From Escherichia coli (GTDB lineage Bacteria > Pseudomonadota > Gammaproteobacteria > Enterobacterales > Enterobacteriaceae): a stretch of 64,000 bases of DNA. The position numbers and the translations under genes were made by a program. The notes below the pieces were generated by a model. It had not been told where the DNA came from. It ran no database searches and worked only from the letters and a program-made list of their open reading frames with translations. Position 1 is the first letter of the stretch, and each line of letters starts with the position of its first letter. Below are positions 19,091-27,701 of the stretch, piece by piece. Where the stretch lies: NCBI RefSeq assembly GCF_041248615.1, contig NZ_CP158426.1; one strand, 5' to 3'.

Positions 19091-20090
19091 TTTCAGGTAA
19101 CGGGACATCAAGTGTTGGTGAAACTTTAACCTTCCTGTCATAGATTAGCACTTGCCCTTCGGTTTTGTGACCAGAGAAAAGTTGCTTATCCCGGCTGCTT
19201 CCTTCATAGTCTGAAATTCCTTTCGCCTTCAGATCATGAAAGGTGAAGTCGGTTAAAATACCTGAAATTTTTCCAGCACGATTTCTTGCATCTACCCACA
19301 TTTCGTTAAAGCCTTTGTACATATATCGGTTGCCGTATTGATTGCTGATCACATAGGCAGATTTTGGTAACTGTTTTGCTTTTTCGATCGCTGCCTGTAA
19401 TCGTGGACTCCATGCTTTTATCTGTTTTTTTCCGGTTTTCCCTTGCTGGATGAATATCCCGTCGTTTCCAATCTGTTCCCATTTCAGCGATAACACATCG
19501 GAAACCCTCGCTGCACACAGATAGGCAATTTCCATTGCGATAAAAACAGGAAGAGGTGCAACGCTTAATACTGCCTGGTATTCTTTGTCGGTTACATATC
19601 GTTCGCGGTTTTTGGCCTTGAATTTACTTACACCTGCACATGGGTTAGCCTTCACGTACCCTCGCTCATACCCCCAACTGTAAACACGGGACATACTGCT
19701 TTTTTCATGGTTGGCTTGCGTTTTACTCTGCTCCCCTCTTTTGTCCATGTATCGACGGATGTGTTCTGGTTTTATGGAATCCGCTGGTACCTTACCGAAT
19801 ACGGCAAGCAACTTTTTTTGATGTTGCAGATAATCTTTTTGTGTTCTTGGACTAAGGTCACTGTAATAGGCGCTGGCGAGGAATTTTTCCCACAAGCGAC
19901 CGAATGTCATTGCACGATCGCGATTATTTACAGTTTCCTCATACTTTTTCCATAAAGCAGCTAAACCATCCTTGATGGCGGTTAGTGTGACAGATTCTCT
20001 GGATGTTGGTTTCCATACATAACTATATTTATTTGGGTATACATTTGGAGGTAATTTTTCGTGTTCAGGATTTTTCCTTCGTCTTCCCAT
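19065..20090 (-). CDS. Phage tyrosine integrase
   Basis: 341-aa ORF adjacent to attL; C-terminal catalytic region with conserved R...H..R...Y spacing. Confidence 0.9.
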   Translation of the reverse strand: MGRRRKNPEHEKLPPNVYPNKYSYVWKPTSRESVTLTAIKDGLAALWKKYEETVNNRDRAMTFGRLWEKFLASAYYSDLSPRTQKDYLQHQKKLLAVFGKVPADSIKPEHIRRYMDKRGEQSKTQANHEKSSMSRVYSWGYERGYVKANPCAGVSKFKAKNRERYVTDKEYQAVLSVAPLPVFIAMEIAYLCAARVSDVLSLKWEQIGNDGIFIQQGKTGKKQIKAWSPRLQAAIEKAKQLPKSAYVISNQYGNRYMYKGFNEMWVDARNRAGKISGILTDFTFHDLKAKGISDYEGSSRDKQLFSGHKTEGQVLIYDRKVKVSPTLDVPLPENIPRKYSK

Positions 20091-20293
20091 CAGATCGCAC
20101 CAAAATTCGGCTCTACCTCGCGTGGTGGTAAAGTTTTATTGCAGGTAAATAGATCCCGGCTGACAATCGGTTTGCCACTACGATTGGTATAGAACGGAAG
20201 CCCGTTTTCCATTAACCATTTTCGCTGGTGGCTTGCATATTTGCAGCCCGTTAATATTAGCAATTCATCTTCGGTTAAAAATAAGCTGCTCAT
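20090..20293 (-). CDS. Excisionase-like protein (DUF4224-like)
   Basis: 67-aa ORF upstream of and overlapping int; LTEDELLILTGCKYASHQRKWLMENGLPF pattern. Confidence 0.6.
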   Translation of the reverse strand: MSSLFLTEDELLILTGCKYASHQRKWLMENGLPFYTNRSGKPIVSRDLFTCNKTLPPREVEPNFGAI

Positions 20294-20351
20294 AGCTATA
20301 TCTCATAACCGCCGCTAACTATATACGGTTAGCGGCAATTAGGGTTGAACA

Positions 20352-22793
20352 TTAAAAATCAGCCTGACTCGGGATCAGTTTTTGCCAGATAGCTGAAACG
20401 TATTTTGCCTGGTAACGAGCGTCATCAAGTGCATTATGGCGCTCACCTTCGAATGGAATAGCCGTTCTGGCATCGAAGTCTATGGCTTTCCCCAGCTCAA
20501 CGATTGTGCGTACATCGCGATCGTTGTAGTAACGCCACGGGCAGGGGATCCCCTGCCGTTCGTATGAACGGCGCAAAATCGTGTTGTCGAAGTTGGCTCC
20601 ATTTCCCCAAACCTGAACAAAAAATTCACCGGAGTTTTCGTCGATAAATTCCCGCAATTGTAACAGTGCATCATCTAACGGGATTTCATCGGTCATAATG
20701 GCAGATTGCGCTTCGCGTGATTGCTTAAGCCACCATTTAATGGTGTCCCGATCAATGACTCCGCCAGCAGTTTCCAGATCGATAGTCTTACTAAATTCCG
20801 GTCCCATATCTCCGGTTTGCGGATCGAAAAATATTGCACCTATTGAGATGATCGGGGCATCAGGATTTTTTCCCATGGTTTCAAGGTCGATCATTAGATG
20901 GTCACACGTCCTGCTGGTGGATGTGATTTCGTGATGACCGTTCACCTTAATTGGGTGATCTGCCGTCTCGCCAGTTTTATTATCGCTGGCGTGATGCTGA
21001 TTGCCGCCAGGGTTCTCCTTGTGTGGATGTTCAGCGCCTTCCATTTCCTCCGGATCATTTTCCTGAACTTCAACCTGATTCTCTTCATCGAATGTTTCCT
21101 GGTATGTTGCGTCGCCCATCACCGCGCCACAATCAGGGCAGTTGCCGCCACCGCTCTGACCGCAGGCGGTGCAGACTTTTTCCGGTTCCTGTTGCGCTAC
21201 TGGTTCGGATTGTTTCGTTTCTGGCTCGTTTTGTAACGCATTTGGGCTGTTTTGTTCCGCTTTTTGGTCGTTCCGTTCCGATTCATGCTGGTTCTGGTTC
21301 ACAGAATCGCGAGTCTGGATCCCCTTGACCCATTTCGGATCATTAGGGTCGCTAATCCCCTCAACAAATTCACCACGCGATACAGCAAGTAACTTATCGG
21401 CGTCAGGCTGGCTGATATTGGCTGCCTGCATAATTTTGTTTACTTCGTCAGCGGTGACTTTTACTTGGTTAGCGGAACTCACCTGCGACTGAGCATCCAG
21501 CGACTGCGCGTTCTGGCCATGTTCAGTTGTATCCGGTTCCATTGTTTCAGTTGTTGCCTGTTCACCTGCCATTGCGTCAGATGGTTGTGGTTTTTCTTCT
21601 TCTGTTTCACGCTCAGTAACCACCTCGCGGTTAATTTCTTCCAGGATATCTTTTTCCGGCGTATGCCGGGCAGCTGTGAGAGTTTCCTTGCTGGGGTTCT
21701 CGTGATCAGTTTCCGTCAAATAGGCGTTGATATACCCCTGAAGGCGTCCCGGGTAGTGATAAAATTCAGGGTGTGCGCTTCGGATAAGTGCAAAAATAGC
21801 GGCGCGGGAATAGTCCAGAATACCCGGGGTTGCACGAAGTGCTGCGGACCATTCTTTGAACGGACTTTCTTTGTTCAGGACTACTTCTTTTGCGCGACGA
21901 TAAACGCTGCCCGGAATTTCATAAATATTAAAATCCATCGGAAGTGTGGCTGCTGCAATCTCCACATCCAGTGTGTCGAGGGTGTGTACTAAATTCGGAT
22001 TGCGATCGGTTTTGTTCCCACCGCCAGCATTAGCACCGGAAGCCGTGCGGGTGATGCGTGAAACACGATTTCCTTTCATCCACTCTTTTGTCAGCAGACC
22101 CCGATCAGTGTAGTCAGCGTCCAGGTATGCTTCGAAAAAAGCAGTTATTAGTCCCAGGTCTGAATTACCAGGATTAGGGAAAACTTTGTCAGTGTCACGA
22201 ACCAGTTTGTGGAGGTCGCGAATCTCCAGCGAGTCGAGCAGACTGGTTTTATGCGAAATAGCCAGGGCAGTAACAGCCGGTAGTTCTTCAGCCCGTGCAA
22301 TGTGTAATGCCTGGAGTTCGTCGCGTGAAACGTGCGTTACTGGTTTTTCGCTGCCGTGTTGAGCAAGCCAACGAATGGGCAGTTCCTGACCGGAGACAGG
22401 CAGAAGCATGCTCTCCTCAATCTCAGTCATGTCTTCGCCGTTGATGTTGGTATTGTCAGTGCTGGCTGGTTTGTCCTGAACAGAGGGGGAAGGGCCGATA
22501 AATGTCATTGTGATGCCATCTTTCCCGCCTTTTTCATAGCGGTTGCAGAATTCAGTATCAAACACGCCTTCTGGCGGAAGGTCGTCAACAACGGGCAAAT
22601 TGACGCGGACGGGTTTTTTAAAGTCGTCTTCATCATAATCGTTGTCATCCATTGCGGTAATGCAGCGGGAGATTGCAACAGATAATTTTTTTGCTGTAGT
22701 CCAGTAAAAACCACCTTTAATTCCCAGGCGTTTTCTTACTTTGTCATTTTTTGCTTCGCAATATAGTGCAAATTCTTCTTTATCAGTGCTCAT
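20352..22793 (-). CDS. Large early protein with C-terminal DnaQ-like 3'-5' exonuclease domain (intact YdfE-like)
   Basis: 813-aa ORF; C-terminal MIDLETMG ... WGNGANFD ... HNALDDA (DEDDh motifs); central [16 protein letters not shown] zinc ribbon; acidic low-complexity linker. Confidence 0.7.
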   Translation of the reverse strand: MSTDKEEFALYCEAKNDKVRKRLGIKGGFYWTTAKKLSVAISRCITAMDDNDYDEDDFKKPVRVNLPVVDDLPPEGVFDTEFCNRYEKGGKDGITMTFIGPSPSVQDKPASTDNTNINGEDMTEIEESMLLPVSGQELPIRWLAQHGSEKPVTHVSRDELQALHIARAEELPAVTALAISHKTSLLDSLEIRDLHKLVRDTDKVFPNPGNSDLGLITAFFEAYLDADYTDRGLLTKEWMKGNRVSRITRTASGANAGGGNKTDRNPNLVHTLDTLDVEIAAATLPMDFNIYEIPGSVYRRAKEVVLNKESPFKEWSAALRATPGILDYSRAAIFALIRSAHPEFYHYPGRLQGYINAYLTETDHENPSKETLTAARHTPEKDILEEINREVVTERETEEEKPQPSDAMAGEQATTETMEPDTTEHGQNAQSLDAQSQVSSANQVKVTADEVNKIMQAANISQPDADKLLAVSRGEFVEGISDPNDPKWVKGIQTRDSVNQNQHESERNDQKAEQNSPNALQNEPETKQSEPVAQQEPEKVCTACGQSGGGNCPDCGAVMGDATYQETFDEENQVEVQENDPEEMEGAEHPHKENPGGNQHHASDNKTGETADHPIKVNGHHEITSTSRTCDHLMIDLETMGKNPDAPIISIGAIFFDPQTGDMGPEFSKTIDLETAGGVIDRDTIKWWLKQSREAQSAIMTDEIPLDDALLQLREFIDENSGEFFVQVWGNGANFDNTILRRSYERQGIPCPWRYYNDRDVRTIVELGKAIDFDARTAIPFEGERHNALDDARYQAKYVSAIWQKLIPSQADF

Positions 22794-22886
22794 TATTGGT
22801 AAACCTCATCACAGATTTAAGGGTGAACAAATCTCTGCCATTGCTGACATATAAGAATGAAACTGGATATTTATTACGGTGCTGTT

Positions 22887-23078
22887 TTAAAATCCTGCCG
22901 GGATTTCGTTATTATCCTGGTGAATAACTTTATCGACCGGATAACAGTTGCCTGGAATTTTCTGTTCGGTTGCTGCTGCCATACATTCCTGCTTTGTTCT
23001 GTGAACACTGACTGCAATATCAACTGGCCCTCCGGAAACAAGAAAAACCGTCAGAATAAGTGCAAATACTGGATTCAT
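22887..23078 (-). CDS. ydfD: YdfD-like small protein (63 aa)
   Basis: Start at MNPVF with AAGGA RBS; hydrophobic N-terminus; 4-bp overlap with dicB stop; position matches the Qin ydfD slot. Confidence 0.5.
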   Translation of the reverse strand: MNPVFALILTVFLVSGGPVDIAVSVHRTKQECMAAATEQKIPGNCYPVDKVIHQDNNEIPAGF

Positions 23079-23263
23079 TGTGCACATCCTTTTGGCATCA
23101 GACGTAAACGGGCCAGCATTGAAACAATGCATACTTTATTTAATAACTCCCGTTCGTGTTTTCTTTTGTTAATGGCATCTTCAGTAAATACAGGATTACT
23201 GATAGTGACACCAATTTCAAAACAACCTTCAGACGTATTAACGTTTGGTAATAACGTTTTCAT
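23075..23263 (-). CDS. dicB: DicB cell-division inhibitor (62 aa)
   Basis: MKTLLPNVNTSEGCFEIGVTISNPVFTEDAINKRKHERELLNKVCIVSMLARLRLMPKGCAQ, close to E. coli DicB as I recall it; GAGGG RBS. Confidence 0.75.
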   Translation of the reverse strand: MKTLLPNVNTSEGCFEIGVTISNPVFTEDAINKRKHERELLNKVCIVSMLARLRLMPKGCAQ

Positions 23264-23432
23264 TATCGCGCCCTCAACAATGAGTTTTGTGATGCGGTGC
23301 CTGGTGCCTCCAGGTGACGTTAACCAGTTAACAATTAACGCCGGATACAGAGAATCCACCCATAACACTGTTTTTGGTTTTAACTGTTCCGCGTGCGCTT
23401 AGCCGCATTCACCGCATCACAAAATTCACTTT

Positions 23433-23490
23433 AAAAAGGGCGGCAGAGCAGTCACGGAGTAAAACTGATACCGCCAAACGTCACCAGAAA
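23433..23490 (-). ncRNA. dicF: DicF small RNA
   Basis: Minus strand reads TTTCTGGTGACGTTTGGCGGTATCAGTTTTACTCCGTGACTGCTCTGCCGCCCTTTTT, matching DicF from memory, with intrinsic terminator; lies between ydfC and dicB. Confidence 0.7.
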
Positions 23491-23830
23491 ATTGATAACA
23501 GAGGGCGTTGCAGCGGGGTTGTCACTTAAGCGTATGGTCAACCTGACAACCCGGTGTCCTCAACGGGGAAGGAATAACCCCGCCATACTTACCGCCGCGC
23601 CATTTCGCGGAGTGCCACAACCGGAAGCGCACGGTCGACGAAAATTTAACGACAGGCTATCTATGAACCAGCTACCTCGCCGTGCGCTTTCGCGTTATGG
23701 TCTGACTTTTCAGGGAAATATCCTTTCAGTAAACTGTCAGTGCCGGATGCTCACCCGTGTCCGGCGCACGCACTCCACCTCACCCGTGGAGAACTCCTTA
23801 ATTACCAACCTTAGCTTCGTTGGTTAGCTA

Positions 23831-24049
23831 TTAACGCGGGTATGTAATCATTCTGGCAATGCTTAATGCCGCTGCTTTTTCCAGATTGGTGATATCCTGC
23901 TCCAGAGCGGACAGATTTTCAGCCTGCTTAGCCCTGGCTTCATTAGCCCATTTCAGATCCTGCGCTGCATTAATTTTCTGGCGCATCCACTCATAAAGTT
24001 CATCATCGGTATAGTCTGGCGCGATTATGACGGGTTCTCGTTTCTGCAT
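23831..24049 (-). CDS. ydfC: YdfC-like protein (72 aa)
   Basis: 72-aa ORF in the expected operon position. Confidence 0.55.
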   Translation of the reverse strand: MQKREPVIIAPDYTDDELYEWMRQKINAAQDLKWANEARAKQAENLSALEQDITNLEKAAALSIARMITYPR

Positions 24050-24078
24050 ACTGATTCCTCGCGGTGCTACTTCGCTTA

Positions 24079-24207
24079 TCAGCCGTTAGATTTTGCCGAG
24101 CTGGAAAGCGCCTGTTTAAACTCACTGAAGCTGAGAGCTTCTTCGCCTTCGGCAAGGTCTTCGAAGTATTCTTCGTAAGCCTTTTCCATGATTGTGTCGA
24201 AATCCAT
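24079..24207 (-). CDS. ydfB: YdfB-like small protein (42 aa)
   Basis: Hand-translated MDFDTIMEKAYEEYFEDLAEGEEALSFSEFKQALSSSAKSNG; too short for the ORF track. Confidence 0.45.
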   Translation of the reverse strand: MDFDTIMEKAYEEYFEDLAEGEEALSFSEFKQALSSSAKSNG

Positions 24208-24208
24208 A

Positions 24209-24364
24209 TCACTCACCTGAGTTTCTTTCCAGCCAGCGACGGGCACCATTTTCGGTTTTAAACGTTTTGCTTTTGGTATACGTCATCGCGGTGAACGTGC
24301 CGTCCTGGTTGGGAAACACGCCGTACACCAGAGATTCGTTGTTGCCAAGATCGATAGTATCCAT
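24209..24364 (-). CDS. ydfA: YdfA-like protein (51 aa)
   Basis: Internal start MDTIDLGNNESLVYGVFPNQDGTFTAMTYTKSKTFKTENGARRWLERNSGE. Confidence 0.55.
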   Translation of the reverse strand: MDTIDLGNNESLVYGVFPNQDGTFTAMTYTKSKTFKTENGARRWLERNSGE

Positions 24365-24550
24365 GCTGACCTCATTTCCCCTTAACGCCGGGGTAGCGGA
24401 ACAAAAACCTGCTGCATAGTTATTAAAGTTGAACCCTGCCGTCATGTTCTTACGCCTCGGGCTGGCTACTTAACCCCTGACCACTGCCTGGTAACTCGAA
24501 GTATTGCCCTGCATTCTGTGGGGCGGGGTGGGTTGGTATGAAAAGAAGGA

Positions 24551-24586
24551 TACCCATAGGTATTTAAAAAGTAAATACCCATGGGT
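24551..24586. promoter_or_regulatory. Paired operator-like palindromes upstream of the early-left operon
   Basis: TACCCATAGGTA (24551-24562) and TACCCATGGGTA (24575-24586), 24 bp apart. Confidence 0.45.
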
Positions 24587-24629
24587 AACTTTTTGCGGTG
24601 TCTTAACTGGTGACTAGTTGTTTGGTGAG

Positions 24630-25049
24630 CTATGATGCGTTTTGTGCTTTCTTTTTACGGATTTCTTCGTAGATCATATTGTAATACTGTTTTTTCTCTT
24701 CAAGAGTTTTTAATAAGTTATCCGCTTCACTTTCTGGCAGTTCGTCTAAGAGATCTAAAAAAATACGTTGTCGTGGCGTTAGAACCCTTGTTTCATAACT
24801 GGAGGCTGTGTTCGTTGATGATGAAACGATACCATCCATCCATCCCCGGGGTAACCCAAAGGACTCTTCGATAATCTCCACCATATCATCAGCGATCCGT
24901 TTTTTTCCCTTTTTCCCCTCTGGGTACAACATTCTTGATACATAAGAAGGCTCGCGCCCGATCTTTCTGGCCACGTTAACCGCTTTACCATCGCATTTCT
25001 CATCACGAATTTTGATGAGTTGCTGTCGTCTAAATTCATATTTGTCCAT
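24630..25049 (-). CDS. Prophage repressor (DicA/RacR-like HTH protein)
   Basis: 139-aa ORF divergent from cro-like gene; HTH AVNVARKIGREPSYVSRML; C-terminal LPESEADNLLKTLEE. Confidence 0.65.
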   Translation of the reverse strand: MDKYEFRRQQLIKIRDEKCDGKAVNVARKIGREPSYVSRMLYPEGKKGKKRIADDMVEIIEESFGLPRGWMDGIVSSSTNTASSYETRVLTPRQRIFLDLLDELPESEADNLLKTLEEKKQYYNMIYEEIRKKKAQNAS

Positions 25050-25149
25050 AGGTAAATAATAGATGCGATTACCGCAAGGTAAACAACCTGTGGGTATTGA
25101 CTTTTGTTTACCTGCGGGTATTCTTTACTGTGTTTACTAAGGAGTAGCT
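25050..25149. promoter_or_regulatory. Divergent immunity promoter/operator region
   Basis: Inverted repeats built on GGTA/TACC half-sites (GGTAAATAATAGATGCGATTACC; AGGTAAACA...TGTTTACCT); TTGACT-16 nt-TATTCT promoter-like; AGGAG RBS before 25150. Confidence 0.5.
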
Positions 25150-25431
25150 ATGGAAGAATTAAGAATATTTCTCAATTCTCTTTCGTCAGATGAACAGCGT
25201 ATGTTTGCATGCGAGTGTGGTACCAGCATCGGTTATCTAAGAAAGGCATTGAGTAAAGGTCAAGTGTTAGGGGCATCGTTATGTGTCCTTATTGAGCGAG
25301 CCAGTAATGGTGAAGTTACACGTCAGCAACTAAGGCCTTTTGATTGGATGAATATTTGGCCCGAGCTGGAAGATACCAAAACGTTAACACAACCACTTTC
25401 TAGGAGCTTGATTCATGAAAATCAAGCATGA
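25150..25431 (+). CDS. Cro-like HTH regulator (YdaS-family-like)
   Basis: 93-aa ORF, first rightward gene; HTH-like CGTSIGYLRKALSKGQ. Confidence 0.55.
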   Translation: MEELRIFLNSLSSDEQRMFACECGTSIGYLRKALSKGQVLGASLCVLIERASNGEVTRQQLRPFDWMNIWPELEDTKTLTQPLSRSLIHENQA

Positions 25432-25840
25432 ACACATCCGCATGGCGATGAATGCCTGGGCGCATCCGGACGGTGAAAAAGTTCCGGCAGCTGAAATAAC
25501 CAGGGCTTATTTTGAACTGGGTATGACGTTCCCAGAACTGTATGACGACAGCCATCCGGAAGCCCTGGCTCGCAATACCCAGAAAATTTTCCGCTGGGTA
25601 GAGAAAGACACCCCTGATGCAGTTGAAAAAATTCAGGCGTTGTTACCAGCGATCGAAAAGGCAATGCCACCTTTGCTGGTGGCCAGAATGCGCAGCCACA
25701 GTTCAGCTTATTTTCGGGAACTGGTGGAGACGCGGGAGCGACTGGTGAGAGACGCTGATGATTTTGTCGCAGTGGCAATCGCCGGTTTCAATCAGATGAA
25801 CCGTGGTGGCCCGGCAGGAAATGCTGTGGCAGTACATTGA
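25415..25840 (+). CDS. YdaT-like protein (cII-position gene)
   Basis: 141-aa ORF beginning MKIKHEHI, which I associate with YdaT. Confidence 0.5.
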   Translation: MKIKHEHIRMAMNAWAHPDGEKVPAAEITRAYFELGMTFPELYDDSHPEALARNTQKIFRWVEKDTPDAVEKIQALLPAIEKAMPPLLVARMRSHSSAYFRELVETRERLVRDADDFVAVAIAGFNQMNRGGPAGNAVAVH

Positions 25841-27000
25841 CTGACAATAGCCATATCGAATCGCTTCCGGCAACTCGTGAGGAAAAAGATTCGGTATCAG
25901 AAGAGGTGAGTATGGCTAACGCCTGGCTCAGATTATGGCATGACATGCCAAATGACCCTAAGTGGCGAACAATTGCCAGGGTGTCAGGGCAGCCAATTGC
26001 AACAGTGATGGCAGTGTATATCCACCTCCTGGTGAGCGCGTCACGAAATGTCACGCGAGGTCACATTGATGTCACGACAGAAGATTTGGCAAGTGCGCTC
26101 GACGTGACAGAAGAGGTAATTGATTCAATTTTGCAGACGATGCAGGGGCGGGTACTTGATGGTGATTTAATCACTGGATGGGAAAAACGCCAGGTGCTTA
26201 AAGAGGACAACGGCAATATTTCGCAAACCGCAAAATCTCCTGCAGAGCGCAAGAGGGCGCAGCGAGAGAGGGAAAGAAAGCGGGAACAAAATGGCGATTG
26301 TCACGGCGCGTCACGAAATGTCACGCACATGTCACGACGAGTCACGACAGATAAAGATACAGATAAAGATACAGATAAAGATACAGATACAGATCAAGAA
26401 GATCAAAACACTATGGTCCATGGCGTAAAAAACGCCACGAACCAGGCAGGGGATGTTCAGACCGTCAATCTTGGTCAGCCAGCAGGCACGACACCGGAAG
26501 CCGATTCAGCGTATGCGCTGAAAGCCGATTCGGGCGCTGTGCAGCAGGTGATGACCGCAAGGCCGGAGCAATCACACCAACTGCAGCAGCCTGAAGCCGA
26601 TTCCGCCATTCAGCGGGAAGCCGATCGGGTAGTCCCGGAAAACACCGGGCAGCCTGTGGGACGAGTAGATTATCCGGATGTGTTCGAACAGGTCTGGCGG
26701 GAATACCCGTTGCGTGCTGGGGCAAACCCGAAGAAATCCGCTTTCAGTGCTTGGAAGGCCAGATTACGCGAGGGGGTGCCACCAGAGGCCATGCTGGATG
26801 GTGTGAGGCGTTACGCAAGATACCTGGCGGCTACCGGGAAAACGGGAACGGAATTTGTTCAGCGAGCGACGACGTTTTTTGGACCGGACCGGAATTTTGA
26901 AAACCCCTGGTTTCTCCCGGTAAGCAGTACGAACAACCAGCGTTGTGTGAATCATATTTCTGAACCGGATACCGAAATTCCACCGGGCTTCAGGGGGTAA
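25837..27000 (+). CDS. Replication initiator (O-like N-terminus, DUF1376/YdaU-like C-terminus)
   Basis: 387-aa ORF; N-terminal ANAWLRLWHDMPNDPKWRTIARVSG; iteron arrays inside the coding sequence; DKDT repeats. Confidence 0.7.
   Translation: MTDNSHIESLPATREEKDSVSEEVSMANAWLRLWHDMPNDPKWRTIARVSGQPIATVMAVYIHLLVSASRNVTRGHIDVTTEDLASALDVTEEVIDSILQTMQGRVLDGDLITGWEKRQVLKEDNGNISQTAKSPAERKRAQRERERKREQNGDCHGASRNVTHMSRRVTTDKDTDKDTDKDTDTDQEDQNTMVHGVKNATNQAGDVQTVNLGQPAGTTPEADSAYALKADSGAVQQVMTARPEQSHQLQQPEADSAIQREADRVVPENTGQPVGRVDYPDVFEQVWREYPLRAGANPKKSAFSAWKARLREGVPPEAMLDGVRRYARYLAATGKTGTEFVQRATTFFGPDRNFENPWFLPVSSTNNQRCVNHISEPDTEIPPGFRG
26040..26385. repeat. Phage origin: two GTCACG iteron arrays plus 3x12-bp AT-rich repeats
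   Basis: GTCACG at 26040, 26050, 26060 (GTCACA), 26071 and at 26300, 26310, 26320, 26331, 26341 (10-11 bp phasing); GATAAAGATACA x3 at 26350-26385. Confidence 0.65.
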
Positions 27001-27040
27001 GTGTGTATTTCTGGTCATGAGGTAATTTTCAGGAGGGCTT

Positions 27041-27463
27041 GTGGCAAAAGTTTTTACACAAGAAGAGCGGGAAAAAATTAAAGGGCAGGTTCTTGAACTC
27101 GTACGCCAGAGTGGGCGCGAGACGTTACGACAACTGGAAGCTAAAACTGGGGCAACAAGATATCTGATGAGCGTTCTGGCCAGAGAGCTGGTTGCCAGTG
27201 GCGATGTATACAACTCTGGTTACGGGTTATTCCCGTCTGAACAGGCGCGTAAGGACTGGCAAAATGCCCGTAAAAAGCTCTCAAGGGCAAAGCTGAAGAA
27301 ACCATCTGCGGTTGATCCGGACCTTATCTGGTCATTACCTGATGGAGAAATACGTCGTTACGACAGGCGTCATAATATAATTTGTACTGAGTGTCGTAAA
27401 AGCGAAGTTATGCAGCGGATATTGTCGTTTTATCAGGGGGATGTTCGGTATTTTTTGAAGTGA
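27041..27463 (+). CDS. Hypothetical protein, possible winged-helix
   Basis: 140-aa ORF after the replication gene; C-terminal CxxC; function unclear. Confidence 0.45.
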   Translation: MAKVFTQEEREKIKGQVLELVRQSGRETLRQLEAKTGATRYLMSVLARELVASGDVYNSGYGLFPSEQARKDWQNARKKLSRAKLKKPSAVDPDLIWSLPDGEIRRYDRRHNIICTECRKSEVMQRILSFYQGDVRYFLK

Positions 27464-27701
27464 CGAGATTAAAGTGCATTAGTTCAGATGTAAATTGACA
27501 TTTTGTGGCACAGGGTAGAGCTAGCGTGGTTGTCCGCTTTGTGCCAAAAGCAGACATTGATAACATTGAGATATGTTAATTTATAGGGAGCAGCTCAAGG
27601 CCCACTGGAACTTCCAGTTTTTGCCCCTGAAACCGTTCCCAATGAGCACTTCCATCTGAAGACTGCGCAGTCTTAGTTTTCGTTGCCTTTAGTTTATCCC
27701 T

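Noticed and set aside
18863-19129. 88-aa and 61-aa plus-strand ORFs overlapping tRNA-Ser and attL; likewise the 69-aa ORF at 60093-60302 over attR
   Set aside because: They translate through tRNA sequence (…RSGGNSTGGSNPPLSA…), the same peptide at both att sites, so they are artefacts of the repeated tRNA segment
24003-24212. 69-aa minus-strand ORF in the early-left operon
   Set aside because: Basic low-complexity translation in the wrong frame; the 42-aa YdfB-like frame (24079-24207) fits the conserved operon better
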